Shown here: piece after piece, positions 1-12,871 of the stretch
How positions within the stretch are numbered: the stretch's first letter is position 1
Layout: every line of letters begins with the position of its first letter
Assembly: GCF_022045235.1 (NCBI RefSeq)
Contig: NW_027266271.1
Coordinates: 31,186,001-31,250,000, forward strand
Direction of reading: 5' to 3'
Source of the DNA: Haliotis cracherodii
Lineage: Eukaryota
Length of the DNA: 64,000 nucleotides
Notes under the pieces: generated by a model
What the model saw: only the letters and a program-made list of their open reading frames with translations
Database searches by the model: none
What the model was told of the DNA's origin: nothing
Made by a program: the position numbers and the translations under genes

Positions 1-470
1 AACATCTTTTCCTTTCATTATCCATTTTATTAAAGTGTACTCTTGCTGTGATATAAATACATACACCTTAATTACCCTTCCTTGTCGTCACTGTTATAGT
101 GTTCAATTTTCTACTTGTTTTTCCTCTTGGTTAAATTAGTAAGTGTACTAATGTACATAATTGATATGACATATTTTCTTTCTTTCATATTTTAGTGCTA
201 TTCAACTGTGCAATATGAATTTCCCTTGGAATACTAAAGTCATATCATCTCCTATCAGCTGACAGGTAAGCAACACATGTACAGTGATCACAGTAGTGCA
301 GTTGTATGATGTGTCGTTGTGAAATAGAAGGATCTTCAGCACGTTACGTAGCAATGTAACAATTCAAGGACATAGCAACATCACACCAATTTTTTGTTTT
401 AATTATGATCTACATGTCCAGTTCAAGCATACATATGATTTATATCAATGTAATATTCTATTCTACTTAC

Positions 471-492
471 TGGAAGGATTATCGTGCAGAGT
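471..492 (-). CDS. Gene A exon 19, 22-nt micro-exon (TLHDNPS)
   Basis: ttgcag acceptor, A|GTAAGT donor; same size and phase as paralogous micro-exon 62456-62477. Confidence 0.75.
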
Positions 493-730
493 CTGCAATG
501 AATAGAAATACTCAATGACGTACATGTAACCCGCTACACCTTTCAAATACGCCACGAGAAACACAAGCAAATATATGTTTTGCACAGGCTTTGTATAGTT
601 CCTTGTTAGACGGAGTATATATCCGTATCCTCGCATCCAATATAGGGGGTAGGGGGAAGCAACACACGATAGTATCTCTAAAGTGTTGTTTCCCAATATG
701 GTGCCACTATGGCGGCACTGTTGCGCCACT

Positions 731-1238
731 GTTAAACGCCGTACTCAGCAATATTCCAGCTTTATGACGGCGGTCTGAAAAATAATCGAGTCTGGACCAG
801 ACAATCCAGTGATTGTCATCATGAGCATCGATCCACGCAATTGATCGATCGATCGATCCACATGCATCAACCAAGTCACCGTGCCTGACCACCCGATCCC
901 GTTAGTCGCCTCTTACGACAGAGATTCAGTAAACAATTAAGTAAACAATAAAGTGAATTATTCCCAATGATATATGATAGAAAAGTATGGAATACCGGCC
1001 GGCCATTTACATATAAGGATCATATACATGAACTTGTACATAACTTTTGTTATATAAATATAATATCATATTTGGGAATTTAATAAATTCAAAACGTCAA
1101 TGCCATAAAATTATCAGTCTCGAATATCTGCGAAAGAGATCCTAAAGGGCGAAGAAGGCAAAAGAAAATAAGCATAGTCGCCTTTTATGGCAAGCATGGG
1201 TTGCTGAAGACCTATTCTATCCCGGATCTTCACAGGTC
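731..1238 (-). mobile_element. Family 1 short retroelement split by an insertion of about 250 bp
   Basis: 5' part at 1170-1238 and 3' part at 731-920. Confidence 0.75.
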
Positions 1239-1817
1239 AGTCGCGTTACTAATCAGCTACTCCGAGCCAACTTTCGCGGCATTTTGTAGCCATTTTCGTA
1301 GTATTATCAATCCTTTTGCGAGCCACATTAGCGATACTTTTCCGGCACTATCGCTGACGTTTGGTGAAAGCATTTCGCGACACAGGAAAAGGAACTTTTG
1401 AATTGTGTATGAAAGGTTACAATATTATGGATTTTAGCTCTTCACTCTCAAATGAGAACATATGCACGAAACGTTGAATAAGTGTCAGTATATTAGGCAA
1501 TTTAAGAAGGTCTGGTCTCTTTCACAAACACGAAGTTAAATATGAAACATTGTAATCAGTTAACTGAATAGAGGTCATATCGGCGTGTTATTCAATTCTA
1601 ACAATAAGGAAATCATGTACGAAATATCAAAATGTGTCTATACTTTATTCCATTCTAGAGGAGATATGTCAAAGTTGTATAACCTGCCTGTATTAATAAA
1701 TTTAAGTACAATATCTACAACGCCTCACTCATGTCACATATGTACATGCAATGTGGGTCACATGGCCTTGCAAGCTAATAATCTTGACATGACCTAAACA
1801 ATGTACCTACCTCAAGA

Positions 1818-1982
1818 GACCAGTGAAGATCTTCAGTGAAGAAGGTGACTATGGTTGTCGTAAGAGGCGACTAACGGGAACGGGAGGTCAGGCTCGCTGA
1901 CTTGGTTGATGCACGTCATCGTTAGACCGCCGTCATATAACTTGAATATTGCTGAGTGCGGTGTTAAAAAACAAACAAACAA
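1818..1982 (+). mobile_element. Family 1 short retroelement inserted at the exon 18 splice donor
   Basis: 13-bp TSD acctacctcaaga at 1805-1817 and 1983-1995; absent from gene B. Confidence 0.9.
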
Positions 1983-1988
1983 ACCTAC

Positions 1989-2135
1989 CTCAAGATGCTG
2001 TTGTACGGTCTTGTTTCCCATGGTTACGTTAGTCAAGTCATCAAGGTTCAACCTTTTGAGGAAGTTTGAATCCAAAGACGTGTCTCCTTGCGATAACCAC
2101 ATCGCCATCGCTTGATAGACGAACAGATACTGCTC
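1989..2135 (-). CDS. Gene A exon 18, end of D1 and linker (EQYLFVYQAMAMWLSQGDTSL...QQHLE)
   Basis: EQYxFxY and GDT motifs; 147 nt; near-identical paralogous exon at 62658-62804. Confidence 0.93.
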
Positions 2136-2429
2136 CTGTAAGTATGATAGAGTGACATGGTTTACAAAATCAGCAGCAGCAACGCATGTTTTCGTCACCC
2201 TTGATTCAATTATATGAATTCTCCTGTGGAGACTGGTTTAGGACAGGCACACAACACTCTACTGGTTGTCTCAATAGGCCACTTGGAAGGTTGGTCGGGC
2301 TTGTCGACCTCGTTGTCTGCATGTCTTAACCCGGACAGCGTGGGACATTTGCCTGACCCAGACTCGACTATGTACAGGCTGCCGCATTAAACAAGATTCC
2401 CTCACTCACCACTCTGAAGATCCACCTAC

Positions 2430-2565
2430 CTTTGTCTGGATCATGTTCTTCCTCTGTCCCCTCATGTTGGAGACGACGCTGACAACGTCAACCATGCCCT
2501 CTGTCTTGGCCTGCTCCATGAGACGGTCGATAGCGATGTAGGTCCCTGTACGGCCTATACCGGCA
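2430..2565 (-). CDS. Gene A exon 17, PTP D1 signature completion (SAGIGRTGTYIAIDRL...MRGQRKNMIQTK)
   Basis: Intact CX5R motif and Q-loop; 136 nt, phase 2-0. Confidence 0.95.
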
Positions 2566-2817
2566 CTGGAGTTGTTTTGAAAACAGGAAGATGTTGAGTG
2601 GGTGAGTGAGTAAAATGTAACGTCACATCGGCAATATTTCAGCCATATCATGACGAAACATTTATAATAATTATATTGAGATTGAATAAAAAGCTGTCAA
2701 CGATGGACAGTATAATAACTGGAGTATCACAGTTTCGATTTTAAAACTTGTTTAGGATAGTTAAAAGAATACATTATCATTCAACAATACAATATAAAAG
2801 TGGACTAGATCACCAGC

Positions 2818-3450
2818 AACTAAAGTTAGGCCACCATACTGGGGACCGTGGGGACTGACGGTACTTCTGCTTCCTGCACGGTTCCTCAGCAGGATTTACA
2901 CCATCCCTTTAGCTGTGGCCATGATATGGATTTTAGCCATCAATTAAATTAACAAAGATACTACGTTTAAAACTGTGGCATGAAAAAAGGTACTTTGAAT
3001 GATGTGGTCGTACATATCCTCTGAGGGGGGCAATAACTTTACTCTGCTTTAACCCCTTTGAGGATACAGCCACTAACCATCTAAGTTACAAATAATTAAA
3101 TGAGGACTTATTCTATTAAAAAGATCCTTGATAGATGATGATTTGAAATAAGTATTCCTTGTGATGGAAAAATCAACACAAACAAGCAGGACATGCTTGA
3201 CCGTGATTCTTTCATCACAAGGGATACAAAATGGAGGATCCTCACCTTTCAACAAATACTCATGGGTGTAACGAGAATGGCCATTAGGACATCGTCGTAA
3301 TATGACATCTTCAAATCGTGACTGACAACAAGAAGTAGGTGTAACCAATGTTTGTGTTTAATGTCATGTAATTTATTGATACCTACTTGGGTGCCCCACT
3401 TCTTTTGCATCAGATCTCGGATATATGATCCAATAACGGACTTGTAAAGA
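2818..3450 (-). mobile_element. 5'-truncated LINE 3' end (RNase H-bearing clade C-terminus with CCHC-like motif)
   Basis: GHSRYTHEYLL...PPFCIPC...TVKHVLLVC; absent from the matching intron of gene B. Confidence 0.75.
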
Positions 3451-3845
3451 AAGATGTTGAAATTGGACCTAACAAACTATTATTTATTGACACAATTTAT
3501 ATATGTGTTTCTCTTTTGTGATCTACTGAACTATTTTGTGCTTACACAACACCTATAGTTTTTCACTTTTATAATCTGGCAGTTGTGCATGCTCTGTTCT
3601 CTCGGCGGTAAGGTAACGCAGCTACATTGACGGACCATGATTGGTCATCATTGAATAGTGACCTTAGTAACTACTGGGCTTTTGGCCCGGGTGAACTGAT
3701 TACCAGTATTCATGACCCTGACACAAATAACACTTTACTTTTCGTGACATATCGGGGAATACCTCAAAATTTAAAATGATTTTACTGTTTAAAATATATG
3801 GACAACGCATGGATTCGCATTCATTTTGTACTTGATCTATATAGG

Positions 3846-4216
3846 ATAATCATGGACTAAAAGTCACAGCGTCAAAGTTACGGCGTGATATATAAACAGA
3901 AGGTGAATATATACATGTGACGTATTGCATGGACTCGCATTCATTTTGTACTTGATCTGTATATGATGTTCTTCATTTTCTAAACCTAATCAGAAAAAAA
4001 GATTTCCCTCAATTGCTAACGTGCAGCGACATTGCATTGAATTCTGATACAGCACTATGATGTCACGCAACGCGGTTACTGTGCATCGATACCGAAGTTG
4101 AAAGAAAGTTTTGCGGCTGATCCTTATCACCCCTGTCACAACCAATACGTCACCTGTAAATATTCACCTTCTGTTTATATGTCACGCCCTAACTTGGACT
4201 TTTAGTCGATGATTAT
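3846..4216. mobile_element. MITE-like element with imperfect inverted repeats of about 80 bp
   Basis: 3846-3927 is approximately the reverse complement of 4143-4216. Confidence 0.6.
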
Positions 4217-4343
4217 CATCTCATCAGCTGCTGACTTAAAACAAGTTCTTGAAACACTCGAATACAAGACTTTTCGTTTGGCGCAGTGAAATTAAGGTCA
4301 TACCAGCAGACATCCATAAACAAATTATCTACACTATTCTCAC

Positions 4344-4489
4344 CTGCAGTGAACTATGATTGGCTGTGTCTGTTCCCTTGATGTGACCTTCACCTTGCTA
4401 ATGAACTCCAGTAGAGCAGAAGTGTCTGGGACGCCATGATCCGGCCAGCTGGTAAAGTGGAAGTGCTGGAGACACAGCTTCTTGGCAGC
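4344..4489 (-). CDS. Gene A exon 16, PTP D1 WPD loop and catalytic HC (QHFHFTSWPDHGVP...PIIVHCS)
   Basis: WPDHGVP and PIIVHC motifs; AG|GTGAG donor. Confidence 0.95.
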
Positions 4490-4587
4490 CTAAATGCAGA
4501 GTGAAATTGTAAGTATTTATTATATTTCAATATTTCATGAAGATTTTATGAAAATGTAAGAGTACAAAACCTAATATTACATAATAC

Positions 4588-4713
4588 CTGTTTATGTTGC
4601 ACGGAGAGCTCAGTGACCGTGTAGTTTGCGAAGCGTGTCTGAGTATCCATGGTTACCGATATGTCTCCAAACGTCTCTGTACCTTTCTCCGGCCAGTAAC
4701 GAAGGCACTTCAT
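4588..4713 (-). CDS. Gene A exon 15, PTP D1 (MKCLRYWPEKGTETFGDISV...QHKQ)
   Basis: KCxxYWP motif; 126 nt, phase 0-0. Confidence 0.92.
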
Positions 4714-5075
4714 CTGTGTGCAAATGCATATACCTCGATGCAATAGACTGTATTATACCATTATTTCTCATACTTCGTCGTTCAGTCTGACAATGTTATC
4801 AAATACTGCATTGCCACATCATGATTGTGAGTGAGTGAGTTTAAAAGCCGCTTTGAACAGTATTTCAGTTATATCAACAAGCGTAAACTTGATGTGTGAA
4901 GATAGCACCAAGTGATGCAGGTCTTAGACGTTTACCAGTATGGTGCGAGCACGGATATAGTGCACATTATGTTTGTAACCTTGTAACCATAAATTGTCAT
5001 GTTAAGAAGTCGTCAATAGTGGCGCCTGTTTAATAGAGCATACTTGTGACAATATCATCATTGTAGCACTATCAC

Positions 5076-5176
5076 CTTGCCTGCTTCGAAGAGACCAGTT
5101 ACCATCACAACGATTCTGCATTCTTCCTGCCAGATCATCCCCCAGAAGGTATCCACAACCTCAAGTCTGTAGGGCC
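5076..5176 (-). CDS. Gene A exon 14, PTP D1 (GPYRLEVVDTFWGMIWQEECRIVVMVTGLFEAGK)
   Basis: GP...FWxMIW and IVVMVT motifs. Confidence 0.93.
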
Positions 5177-5454
5177 CTGTGAACGATATCAGCTCTTTCA
5201 GTACTTTGATATCCGCAGCGCACTAAGTGTCCTCATTCACGCAACATCAAAAATATTAAATAAAGGTGACAAAACGATTTCCATATACAAATTATATCCC
5301 TGCTAAAAGAGGAGTCTGTAGTATGATTCCGACTATGTCATAATCATGTGATTCATGAATCACTATCAATAAGTGGTACCAGGTGTTCGTGAGGTGAGCG
5401 TGTCTTGACCCATCGGTGGAAAAAAACAACCATTGATGTCTCAATAAACCATAC

Positions 5455-5491
5455 CTTGTGCTGCGATGTAGCGCTTTTCGATGTTGTATCC
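5455..5491 (-). CDS. Gene A exon 13, PTP D1 (GYNIEKRYIAAQ)
   Basis: 37-nt YIAxQG exon, phase 0-1. Confidence 0.92.
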
Positions 5492-5664
5492 CTACAAAAT
5501 ATATATTGGTGAGGGTTGAAACCAAACCAAAATCACACTGCACATATATGATCATTTATAACATTATAACATTTATAACAATATAACAGTATATATTGTA
5601 ATTGATAATGAAACGATACGGAAGGTTACATATGTATAGTCATAATGTAGCACTTAACGCTCAC

Positions 5665-5741
5665 GTCCACATAGCTGGCGTTGATGTAGTCTCCTCCACC
5701 ACCGCTGTTGTCGTCATGCAGCACCACACGGTTGTAGTCGT
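5665..5741 (-). CDS. Gene A exon 12, PTP D1 (YDYNRVVLHDDNSGGGGDYINASYVD)
   Basis: YDxxRVxL and DYINA motifs. Confidence 0.93.
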
Positions 5742-6189
5742 CTATACAAAGACACAACACCAGATCAGGGGCGAAACATTTAAAAAATGTGATAAATTGT
5801 ATCCTGTTCTCGTGTTGTTTGTCTCATGCATTATAGTCATAGTATATACGAATTATGCTTAGCAAGCGTGGACATGTATCTTTTTGTTTCTTTTTCAGTC
5901 AACGTCCCACTTGAATTATCAACTATGCACTTACACCGAAACTGTGTTTTAGTTCAATATACTCTAACATCTATGTCTGCGGACATGCACAAAAAGCTAA
6001 CCAGGATATATTAATGATGCATGTATATGCCATTGTTTGTATACTCACAGTTCGAAGGAACTTTTGTATTTTATTTTTGGATGTAAAATACTTAAGGTTT
6101 GATATTGCTGACATTTCACTAATATGCATAGAGAAGCAAACAAACTATGTCACCTAGCCAGGAGACCTTAGTGATGCTTGTAGCTGTCT

Positions 6190-7230
6190 CACATAATTCT
6201 TTATTCATGTACATGTGTAGGCCAGCGGCCCATGGTACAATATTCGGTCCATCATTAACATTTATAGGGTTAGTGTTTGGAGTCTAACATTCATAGCAAG
6301 GTATATAAAAGTTGCAACATTTCTAATTACAGTTTCATTGTTTACCGCCATAAGCATATTGAATTTAGCAAGAGTAGGATGTAAAAAATACTTCTGTGGT
6401 AAATACTGAAGACGAAGTTCATCATAAGCGTTACAAATTAATAAAAAAATTATATTCATTCTCGACATATCTTTGGTTGCAACTATTGCACAATCTCTGC
6501 TCTCGTGGAGTATTAACGTATCTACCAGTCTCAATATGGAGAGTGTGGGAGCTACAGCGAAACTGGGCTAGTGCAACACGAAATTTGTTGATAGTGATAG
6601 CAGACAAATACAACTCTAGACTGAATGAATTTTTGAAAAGTGTATAATGGAACATTTTAGAACTATTTGCTAAAGACCAATGCCAGTCCTGTTCGTAAGC
6701 AAATTTTAACCGATCTTCACATTCGGAAATAAATGATTCGGGGCAAATAACATATTGGTTCTCCCATATATATCCAAATCCAAGGCTGTATAAAAGAGTT
6801 TTGACTTTTGTAGCCCAATTAGTTTTACCATGTGTGGCTAGCTGAAATAACATATCATAACTTTTCTAAGGATATCGTGAATTTGGTAGGGACATAAGTT
6901 TACACCAATATTTTATACAGCGTTCATACGCAGAAATGTACAGTGGGTATCTTCCACATTCTCCTCGCACAACATGATTGGGAGTAGACGTTTTCACACC
7001 TAGCAGACGTTTACAAGCAAGTACATGGATACTTTCTATTTCTTTGCAGTTTTCAAAACTCCACATTTCAGCCCCATATAACATAATTGGAGCAATTTTT
7101 GTATCGAATATTTTAAAAAATAGTTTCAGTGGAATAGGTTTAAGTGATGAAAGGGATTTTAGAACCGAGAACAATACCCGTTTAGCCTGTAATGAAGCAT
7201 TGTAAGTATGTTTGTAAGTAGCTGTCATTT
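6190..7230 (-). mobile_element. Non-LTR retrotransposon ORF2 C-terminal fragment (RTE-X-like)
   Basis: PIMLYGAEMW, GECGRYP and FRCSSHTLHIETGRY...RLCNSC...ENEY motifs across frameshifts. Confidence 0.85.
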
Positions 7231-7342
7231 GTATGTATATTCACCATACAAAGGTTTTGTTTGTTTTAGTTTTAGTTGTTTACTACATCACCTTGATATA
7301 AAGAATATAATTGGTAGATTACTTATTACTGTGCTAACTTAC

Positions 7343-7430
7343 ACGGGTAGTAGCCTTTAAATCTGTTTTTCCCTTTGTTTTCCGGCAGCTGAGATTCTTG
7401 GTGGGGGTGTATGAAACCACCTGGCAATCC
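7343..7430 (-). CDS. Gene A exon 11, PTP D1 start (GLPGGFIHPHQESQLPENKGKNRFKGYYP)
   Basis: NxxKNR(F) pTyr-loop motif; 88 nt, phase 0-1. Confidence 0.9.
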
Positions 7431-7563
7431 CTGAAAGTAACAAAACACACTAGTAGCCGATCAGTGCCTGACGCTCCTGTCACCTTTAAAACTTTCAGCA
7501 AAACAGCCGAAATGACCTGAACATGGCATCTCCTCATGCCATTATCAAAAAGACATAACATAC

Positions 7564-7832
7564 CTGAAACTCCTCCTGAGTTTCGTCCGGTCGTTCCACC
7601 ATTCGCCGAACTTTGGCCTCCAACTCCGACACCGGTGTCGCTCTACCCATCCCCACTTCCCCAAAGTTGTAGTAGTTCCTGTCCTGAAGATCCACAGCAG
7701 CATCTGGTCCAAAGACAGGCGGATCATAGTCCTCCTCAACCTCAATGATGTCATGTTGCAGTGGCTGGCTAAGTTCACCCCTTTCCTCATCTTTAACTTC
7801 TCCTTTTGCGTTGTCTCTCACTTCGTTCTTAC
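7564..7832 (-). CDS. Gene A exon 10, juxtamembrane region ending in EEFQ
   Basis: Open frame GKNEVRD...RNYYNF...ETQEEFQ; phase 1-0; CAG|GTATGT donor. Confidence 0.85.
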
Positions 7833-8207
7833 CTGAGAACACATGACACACATACAAGTTCGACCTCTTTCGGGAATGTATTAGTTCCTGACTCTTCTGC
7901 TTTACTGGAATTTATGAGCAAGGACTAGATTCGTACCATTGAACAAAGGCGAGACGACTTCATAAAACTGTGTCATATAGCTGTGATAATGTGTGTTTAG
8001 TTTGATCTTTTGATGGTGTTACTTGATACAGTTTTTACAATTCTACATGCCAAATGACCAACATTTCTTTAGCATATGCATGAAACGACATTCAAACTAT
8101 TTTGTTAATCATTTAATCCGACAGGACACATGTAACACATAAGCAAACCAAGTGTAAAGGTATGTGGCATCACACACAAATTGTTCGAGTTAATAGACAA
8201 TGCTTAC

Positions 8208-8299
8208 CGTGTATTTCCGATTTTGTAGATTTACAATTTTCCCTATGGCCAACAACTCGTTCAGGCAACGATGCTGCTGACTGTTTTCTTTTTCGTCGT
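8208..8299 (-). CDS. Gene A exon 9, basic stop-transfer and juxtamembrane segment (RRKRKQSAASLPERVVGHRENCKSTKSEIH)
   Basis: RRKRK directly after the TM helix; tttcag acceptor, G|GTAAG donor; phase 2-1. Confidence 0.85.
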
Positions 8300-8386
8300 C
8301 TGAAAATGTGAACCACAGTTACAAACATAAGCAACAGATTAAGTACTCCCGGCAACCATTAAGGGTTTTGAAAACATTGTACTTAC

Positions 8387-8477
8387 ACCAGCAATACCGT
8401 GATGATGACGAAGAACAGAAGTATCACAGCACCGGTTGCACATCCCACAATGGTAGACACGGGTAAGGTTTCCTGAA
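8387..8477 (-). CDS. Gene A exon 8, transmembrane helix (VQETLPVSTIVGCATGAVILLFFVIITVLLV)
   Basis: Hydrophobic run of about 23 residues; GT|GTAAGT donor; phase-1 aag acceptor (an alternative cag acceptor at 8472 is phase 0). Confidence 0.82.
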
Positions 8478-8599
8478 CTTGAATAACAAAGATATATTAT
8501 TGGGTAGATATTGAATGATTTAAAGTAAAGATGAATTTTAGATGCTTGAATGAATGAGTCAGAGAGTCAAGCAATATAACATCTATTAGGCATCCAAAT

Positions 8600-9700
8600 C
8601 CAGTCACCTGCTTGTGATTGCCTCTACTTGATATCGGATCAAGTTGCAGTCCATACTCCCTTTTAAGATAATATTAGCTAGAAGGTATCCGGAATCAGAC
8701 ATTTAACAGAGACTCTTATCTGGATTTCCTGATCAAAAATTTCTGCTCGGGTTGGCAACGTCAAAGCAAGGACATGTGGCTAAAAAGTTTAACTTAAGCT
8801 TCAGAGATATCATTAATCAGATATCGTTCAATGACGGTCACTCAGATTTATCCATCTGTACTAGAAATAAAGGAGACCAGTGAAAACGCCGCAACGCTTC
8901 ATATTTAGATCGATGCATAATGATTCGGTGGGACAAAATTTTCTCCACAAGAGACTGAATGAAAAGAAGGATCACCTAAAAGTTCCAATAGTGCGCTTCC
9001 CCTTTTTTTTTATTTCTGTCATATAATAATATAAACGCTGGAAAATAACCAGTCTTGGTTATCTTACTAAACAGATTCCACAGGGTGTAAAAAAGGCAAA
9101 ATAATGGTGAAAATTATACTGAAAATCAGTGATGGCACAAGGTGTTCGTGAAAAGGGTAGGAATTTGGTTCCCTACCGCCAACACCCGTCACTCCCACAA
9201 TTTGCGTGTTTGTTAGCCGACACTGCAACAGCAGTGGTCATGCCGTGAGACGGCGGCGTGAAAACAAAAGCAAGATTAAAACAGCTCCAACATTTAGTGT
9301 CTATATTTCACAGCTTTTGGGGTAAAATAGAGCATGCTCTTTCTACGAGTGAGTAAGTGAGTTGGGTTTACCACCGCTGTAAACAATATCTCATAAATAA
9401 GATTTCAATCAGCGTCATAGGACTCTTGCTAAAACATATTTGATCAGTGTTACGACATTCAAGGCCACAGTAAAACTTTCAAAACGTAATATGGAAGACA
9501 TTTTGACATTTCCGAATTTGACCGATCAGTGACCTGAACGATGTCCGATGCAATTCTTCATTTTGACCTCTCATATGTTCCTGAGCTTTAAAGGGTGAAC
9601 AACTTTACTCGTATGTTTTCGTGACGGGTGCCACATATCTAGGCGCCCAAGGGTTAGAACATTCGATTTTATAATCACGATGACAAGGGACACGTTTTGC
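8600..9700 (+). mobile_element. Decayed Penelope-like RT fragment, interrupted
   Basis: Remnants of FRYIDD, YP..LEIKET and ASYLD type motifs. Confidence 0.5.
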
Positions 9701-10079
9701 AGGCATGATCTAGATATGTCAGATTATATCCACAGTAATATTATGTACTATTGGTACAGATAGGAAATAATGAAATGCTGACCGTGTTCTGAAATGTAAG
9801 GACAGAATATCGTCCAAAGAATTAAACCTTCTTACCTTCTTCAGCAATGAAATCAGATTTTCATTAGTTTCATACAGGTCAGACAATATAGTTCAACACA
9901 CATGCTCTCTGATTAGGTTCCTGTTTCTGAGGAGATCTAAGTCTCTAGTAGTAGTTGTGTGATAATGATGAGCAAATTAGGAACCCAGCACAACTGGTAG
10001 TGAAGTATGACCGTAGATGTTATGACCGCCAACGAAATGCGAAAGATGCGAAATTTCAAATTTGACGTTTTTGGATGAG

Positions 10080-10700
10080 TAGTGTGTAATACCGGCACGA
10101 TTTGTCAAATATTCATTCATTGCGTATGTCTCCGAATGGCGTTTTGAGGCAACCGCCTGGCCAAGTTCAGCCAACGCGGTCGGCGGCCTATTACGTTGAC
10201 GCACACGTCTTCCTATCATGTCCCAATCGTGATGAATGGGGAAATGGTCTGTTCTCATTGCTAGCCATGACATCCTATGGATGTTGTGCTGCTGGAGGTG
10301 AGTATTGACGATTCGTGCACGGTGAGCATGGTCACAACACGTGGCTGTCGAGGATGGCGATGATCTGAATTGAGACGATTTCTAATCGTCTGACCCGTAA
10401 CTCGTAGTCTAATAGACCGATGAAAGTTTGCAGCTATTCCATTTGCCGTTTGAGCTCGATTTCGTAGAGCCTGGTTTCGTATCAATCGACCCTGTGTTCG
10501 TCGACCTTGGACGCCCTGAACGGGGTCAATCGTCAACAGTGTAGGTCTGTTGGTACCTGTCCCAATGTCCCAACCACAGACTGAACATTGAACATTGAAA
10601 GTCCAGTTTCTGGCATGCCCCAAAGCCTGTAGATGCTCGGCGCGTTTTAGACGCTGCATCGCTAGTTCATTCAGAAACAATGCATGAAATCAAGTTAATC
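10080..10700 (-). mobile_element. Degenerate Tc1-like transposase fragment
   Basis: MQRLKRAEHLQALG..., TIRNRL and HDWDMIGRRVRQR remnants. Confidence 0.75.
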
Positions 10701-11203
10701 ACAACTGTATGGAAAGCAGAATCAATAAGATTGACAGAAATAATGGTCCACAGAGACTAGATGACTTTCTGTGATAGTGTCAAAATTGGGAATGACACCC
10801 CACGCGAGTGTGTAGGGCTGCTCGGAGCGGTATGCACAAATTATGAAGGTAATTATGAGTTATGAAGGTAGTACTGGCACATTGTTGCTTTTCAGATCAT
10901 TGTGTTAGATATATTAGAAATATATCTGAATAGTCCAGAATAAGGACCGGAAATATTCAAGAATGCTGGATGAAAGAAACTATTAAGTACATTGCATAGC
11001 ATATTTTCATTTGGTGCAATCACTTTCTCTACACCCTGGTTGGCATGTAGCGACACACGACCCGGTATTACAGTAACATGGTGTGGTGCCAGCTGCATAC
11101 TATCGTCGTGCACAGGTTTTGTTACAGTTTATTCCATAGTTACCCTACCAAACAGATGGGATTGACATGAAAAGGGAAAATTTATATTTCATAGTGCATA
11201 AAC

Positions 11204-11630
11204 GTGGTGTCATGCACGGATGTTTCGATGCATTCTACTGAAGAGTCGACAAATGCCACCTTGACTCAAGTTGTACCACTCATCAGTGAGTGCATTGAGA
11301 GTGGTGGGCGGATTTTGATGTTGCAAGTGACCTCCCAGACTTGTATAAAGTGGGAATGGTCAGGATTGAGTGCTGACCATGGCATGGCATGGATGTTACG
11401 CAGTTTGAGGAAATGGATCACAATCCTGGCACGATTGGCACGTGTGTTATATATTATCTTGAAAGATGAAAGGCTCCCCAACATGTTGTGCAAATAACAC
11501 CACGAGTGGTGTAAAGATGTATCGATGTTATTGCCCTGTGACTCTGCCATGGACATTATGGAACGCAGTTTGTCCAGACATTGTGGCACCATTAGGGAAC
11601 GACCCGAAAGCGATCACGCTGTACCTTGTT
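11204..11630 (-). mobile_element. Degenerate Tc1-like transposase C-terminal fragment
   Basis: MPWSALNPD...QVWE resembles WPxxSPDLNPIExxW. Confidence 0.7.
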
Positions 11631-12871
11631 AACGTCCATCAAACGCCCATTAGGTCGTCTCGATAAGTGTTAACTTCGGTCTTTTCATGACATGGACAAT
11701 ACTGAAGGCAACTCATGACAAATGACACGTCGCTATATAAGTGCAATATTCTTGGACGCGACGTTAAACCCAATTTCACCTCATGACAAATGAAGTTGCA
11801 AGTTACACCTCGGGTGAAATCACAGTCGATCCAGTATGATGTTCACATGTGGTGCCAGCTCCACACTTTCGTCTCGCGCATTTGTTACAGTTTATTTCAT
11901 AGAAACCTGCCCCGTACTCTTCAGTACACAAGGAGATTGACACGAAAAAGGAAGATTGGTGTTTAAGGATGTGAAAATAAAAGCGACAAAACCTTTCCCA
12001 TATTCATTAAAAATCTCTGCCAAAATCAGAGTCGATTGTATGATTCCGACTACATCATGAACATGGGTTTATGAATCACTGTCAAATGGTGATGGTACCA
12101 CGTCTTAAGGAAAAGGTGGGCATATCCTGCCCCACCGGTGGCACCCGTCACAAAAACATGCAAAGGCAAGTCAGTTGTTCATCTAAAAAATACACAGGGA
12201 CATGCGGTACAAGTCAAAATAGTGAATTGCACCCGACATCATTCTCCTTAATAATGTGTCAAATTTCGTCAAGAGAAGTACTTATGACCCTATGAATCAG
12301 TGGTGTTAACATGATCGCAGAATAATATGCCACTTTTAACTTTGTCCAGGTTCCTACTCACAGTTAACATTGTAACCAAAATCTGCCCCGACTGCACATA
12401 CAGCCATGATTGTGTGATCTATTGTGTTAGTCTAACGCATTCATGTCGACATCTCACATACATAAGCGGCTTGGAAGCTGTTGTCCAGCCATTAATAGCA
12501 TAACAGAGCTTAGATTGATGCTTATTTATTAATCTAATACATGAAAATTACAGAATGAGACTAAATGTATTTAACGTTCAACATTATTGCCACTTAAAGT
12601 TGATACTGAATAGAATATGATTAACTATATCGTCATAAGTCAAAATGTGGCATTGAGATAATCAGCATAACTTGTTAAGAAATGGACAATTGCTATTTCA
12701 AATATGATCACCATGGTGATGATTTATATACCTGCCAAAAACTTGCAACATGTTGAGGGTAAGGGTCACACAACACCTGTACCTGTCAGCAAATATAAAA
12801 CGACAACGCTAGAGCCTGTATCACACCTGTGTCCCTGAAAATATGCAATCAATGTTATTACGAAAACATAC

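Noticed and set aside
9836-9900. Strong AAG|GTAAG donor between exon 7 and the TM exon
   Set aside because: All three frames have a stop before any usable acceptor
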